DNA of 64,000 nucleotides from Limisphaerales bacterium (GTDB lineage Bacteria; Verrucomicrobiota; Verrucomicrobiia; Limisphaerales; SIBE01): NCBI GenBank assembly GCA_044225505.1, contig JBGAIN010000021.1, positions 1 to 64,000 of the forward strand, read 5' to 3'. Shown piece by piece: positions 62,701 to 64,000 of this stretch (position 1 is its first letter; each line of letters starts with the position of its first letter). The notes under the pieces were generated by a model. It saw only the letters and a program-made list of their open reading frames with translations, ran no database searches and was not told where the DNA came from. The position numbers and the translations under genes were made by a program.

Positions 62701-63749
62701 TGAAAGTGGCCGTGGCCGTCATTGTGATAAAGAGCGCCGGGTTCCCCATTTTCCAGGATCCCGCCTTTCCCGGTCAATGTGAACCGGCCTTCCAGTCCAG
62801 GCGTCGACGTGGGGATACCATTGACCGACGTAACGACATGCTGGCCATTGATGACATTGACGTGAAATCGCGTTCTCGGCTGATCTCGCAGCGTCGTGAC
62901 GCGATAATTGCCAATGTAGACGTCCAGCGCTCCGTCACCGTCGAAGTCGGCCAGTCCCATTGAAGTGCCGCATCGTTGCGGATTGAGAAGCGCCGCCCGC
63001 GTAAAGTGCCCTTTGCCATCGTTCAGAAAGACGTGCGTGCCTCCACCCACGGAATTGACAACCAAATCCAGATCGTTGTCTCCGTCGAGATCCGCGAAAG
63101 CAGCTCCGGTCGCATCGAGGTTGGGACAGGCGGTTCCTGAATCAGCGGTCACATCCTCGAATCGCCAGTTTCCCGAGTTACGGTAAAGCCTATTGGGACT
63201 GTCTAACCCGCAAAAATAAATGTCGCACCAACCATCGTTGTCGACATCACCACAGGCCACGCCCGATCCGTTCAAATAAATCTGGTTGGTCGTGTATCGT
63301 TCGATCGACAGCGAATTGGTAAACGTGATGCCTGTCACGGTCCCCTGAAGAAGAGTGAAACCTGAATGCCCGTCGCTCGGGACCGTTAAGGCCGCACTGC
63401 GAAATGAAACTCCTTGATCCCAACGGAGGGCGGCGTTGGCCCGAGGGCAGGGGAGATCGCAGTCATTCACGACCAAACAGATCGTCACGAAGCCCAGCAT
63501 TGTGAACGCTCGGCAGTAAACTAAGCTCCGGGGATTCGTGAGCAATACTCTTACGTTTTTGTGGAGAGACATTCTGAGCTGAAACAGAGTTCGAAGCAGT
63601 AGATCTGCCTTGATCCTGCTGGAGAGCGAACGAGCGAACCTTACACGGGGCTCAAACTGCCGCAACTTTAGTTCCCGCTGTTTGAAGGCTGCCAACGCGT
63701 GTGTCAGGAGCAAAAGAGGGTCGGGATTTAGTCCCGACCCTCCGTGCAA
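59793..63749 (-). CDS. CRTAC1/ASPIC-UnbV family FG-GAP repeat protein (tandem architecture)
   Basis: TGITF.N, GSGVACGDVDNDG, many D.D.DG..D repeats, and two ASPIC-like segments (GIGAR...GGRYLSS..EVRW; GIGA...GSGYWSQDS..VRWPGG). The real start is probably near 63500-63572. Confidence 0.88.
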   Translation of the reverse strand: MHGGSGLNPDPLLLLTHALAAFKQRELKLRQFEPRVRFARSLSSRIKADLLLRTLFQLRMSLHKNVRVLLTNPRSLVYCRAFTMLGFVTICLVVNDCDLPCPRANAALRWDQGVSFRSAALTVPSDGHSGFTLLQGTVTGITFTNSLSIERYTTNQIYLNGSGVACGDVDNDGWCDIYFCGLDSPNRLYRNSGNWRFEDVTADSGTACPNLDATGAAFADLDGDNDLDLVVNSVGGGTHVFLNDGKGHFTRAALLNPQRCGTSMGLADFDGDGALDVYIGNYRVTTLRDQPRTRFHVNVINGQHVVTSVNGIPTSTPGLEGRFTLTGKGGILENGEPGALYHNDGHGHFQLISFTEGAFLDETGQPISLPYDWTLSVMARDLNGDHWPDLYLCNDFHSPDRIWINDGRGHFRALSKLALRNTSKFSMGIDVADINRDGHDDLFTLDMLSRDHVTLLTRMDRVMDNRPFGMLDHRPQVTRNTLHLNRGDATYAEIAFLAGVEASSWSWTPIFLDVDLDGYEDLLICTGHSRDDMDLDTGLRIESFRKSKRLSPMEELNLRKATPPIPGPKIAFHNRRDLTFEETGQAWGFNDVGVAQGMALADLDNDGDLDVVVNSLNGPARLYRNESAAPRISLRLKGLAPNTHGIGARMTVLGGPVSQSQEMICGGRYLSSDDAMRTFAAGSLTNDLRIEVRWRTGKSSVVEHAKPNRVYEIDESSSVRRPESDPNRSPKSESVDSVLFEDATSRLNHQHHAEDFDDFARQPLLPVKLSQLGPGVAWFDVNGDGWEDALIGSGKGGSLSVRLNNRQGGFLPRNEWPNAVTLPRDQSGILGWRRRDGGAVVIAGSATYEENTASGSGVQQYDFATLKVDATLPSDLSSVGPVALGALNGEGPLALFVGGRVVGGRYGNAASSLLFRETAGHWELDAANTKTLEKLGMVSSAIWSDLDGDGYPELVLACDWGFLRVFSNVRGTLREATHQWGLDVYSGWWNGVSTGDLDGDGKLDLIASNWGNNTRYQSHRARPLRLWTGDLDDNGTQEVIEAFFDPTMNKYVPWRSLAVMARAIPSIGERFTSHRAFAQLGVEEIFGPALTKLELHEVTWLESTLFLNRGQKFVARPLPVEAQFSPVFGINVADFDGDGKEDVFLSQNFFGTCPEISEYDAGRGLLLRGDGNGNLTAISGQKSGIKIYGEQRGSAVGDFDHDGRADLLVTQNAGATKLYHNMNAQPGLRVRLKGLPQNQDGIGACLRLRFSQEWGPMREIHSGSGYWSQDSYVQVLGMPKPPTEIWVRWPGGKIVTAPIASGTKELTLNQENGETVRK

Positions 63750-63897
63750 ATGCCGATTCTGCTATTTCCGCGCCCCTATTTCAGGCGGTAGAACTTACGG
63801 CCTTCAGATGGTTGGACTGTCGCCGGACTTGAACTCCCGGCCACGTCTGTCCATGGGCCTGTCACGTCCGCGGCCGACTGCAAGACGGCTGTGCCAG

Positions 63898-63931
63898 ACC
63901 AGACAATGGTAATATTATTACCGTTCCTGGT
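63898..63931. promoter_or_regulatory. AT-rich palindrome, putative operator
   Basis: AATGGTAATA-T-TATTACCGTT (63905-63925, 1 mismatch) flanked by ACCAG/CTGGT. Confidence 0.5.
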
Positions 63932-64000
63932 AATGCTGGTGAATGTGCTGCCAGTATCGCCTCCGCCCGGAGTCGATGGCGCATAATCTCCGAAGTTGCG

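Noticed and set aside
1..64000. tRNA/rRNA genes, prophage, integrase
   Set aside because: None recognised by eye. A tRNAscan/Infernal run would be needed to exclude small RNAs.

Overview
GC-rich bacterial scaffold with one N-gap. Gene content (H-X9-DG prepilin, TIGR02999-type ECF plus Ser/Thr kinase, GTAG-type REPs, MoxR/BatA cluster, ASPIC/FG-GAP proteins) suggests the PVC superphylum, probably Verrucomicrobiota (inference). From left to right: (1) a metal-handling cluster (secreted protein, H-X9-DG prepilin, CxxC/Pro-tail leader-like protein, PepSY-TM, c-type cytochrome, HMA protein); (2) a tightly coupled four-gene, ~17.5 kb operon that looks like a divergent Tc/ABC-toxin-like injection system with signal peptides: two accessory secreted proteins, a 2533-aa PA14 + FG-GAP + TcA-like helical-hairpin protein, and a fused SpvB/TcB-RHS/TcC protein with an inserted domain and an uncharacterised cargo. 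It is followed by a Ser/Thr kinase-WD40 and an ECF sigma factor; (3) an apparently truncated SBBP beta-propeller gene overlapping an orphan sensor kinase, and an integrin-beta-like vWA protein; (4) a RAYT transposase with flanking GTAG REP arrays, one copy interrupted by a complete IS1182-family element (17-bp TIRs, 4-bp TSD); (5) a frameshifted bile acid:Na symporter, duplicated hexamer-repeat elements and a hypothetical gene with a long upstream hairpin; (6) a MoxR-DUF58-BatA/vWA-vWA/GATase-giant TPR operon, with the TPR gene split by an artefactual gap; (7) two minus-strand FG-GAP genes (cytochrome c-FG-GAP and CRTAC1/ASPIC-UnbV). All family assignments come from motif recognition by eye, not from database searches.
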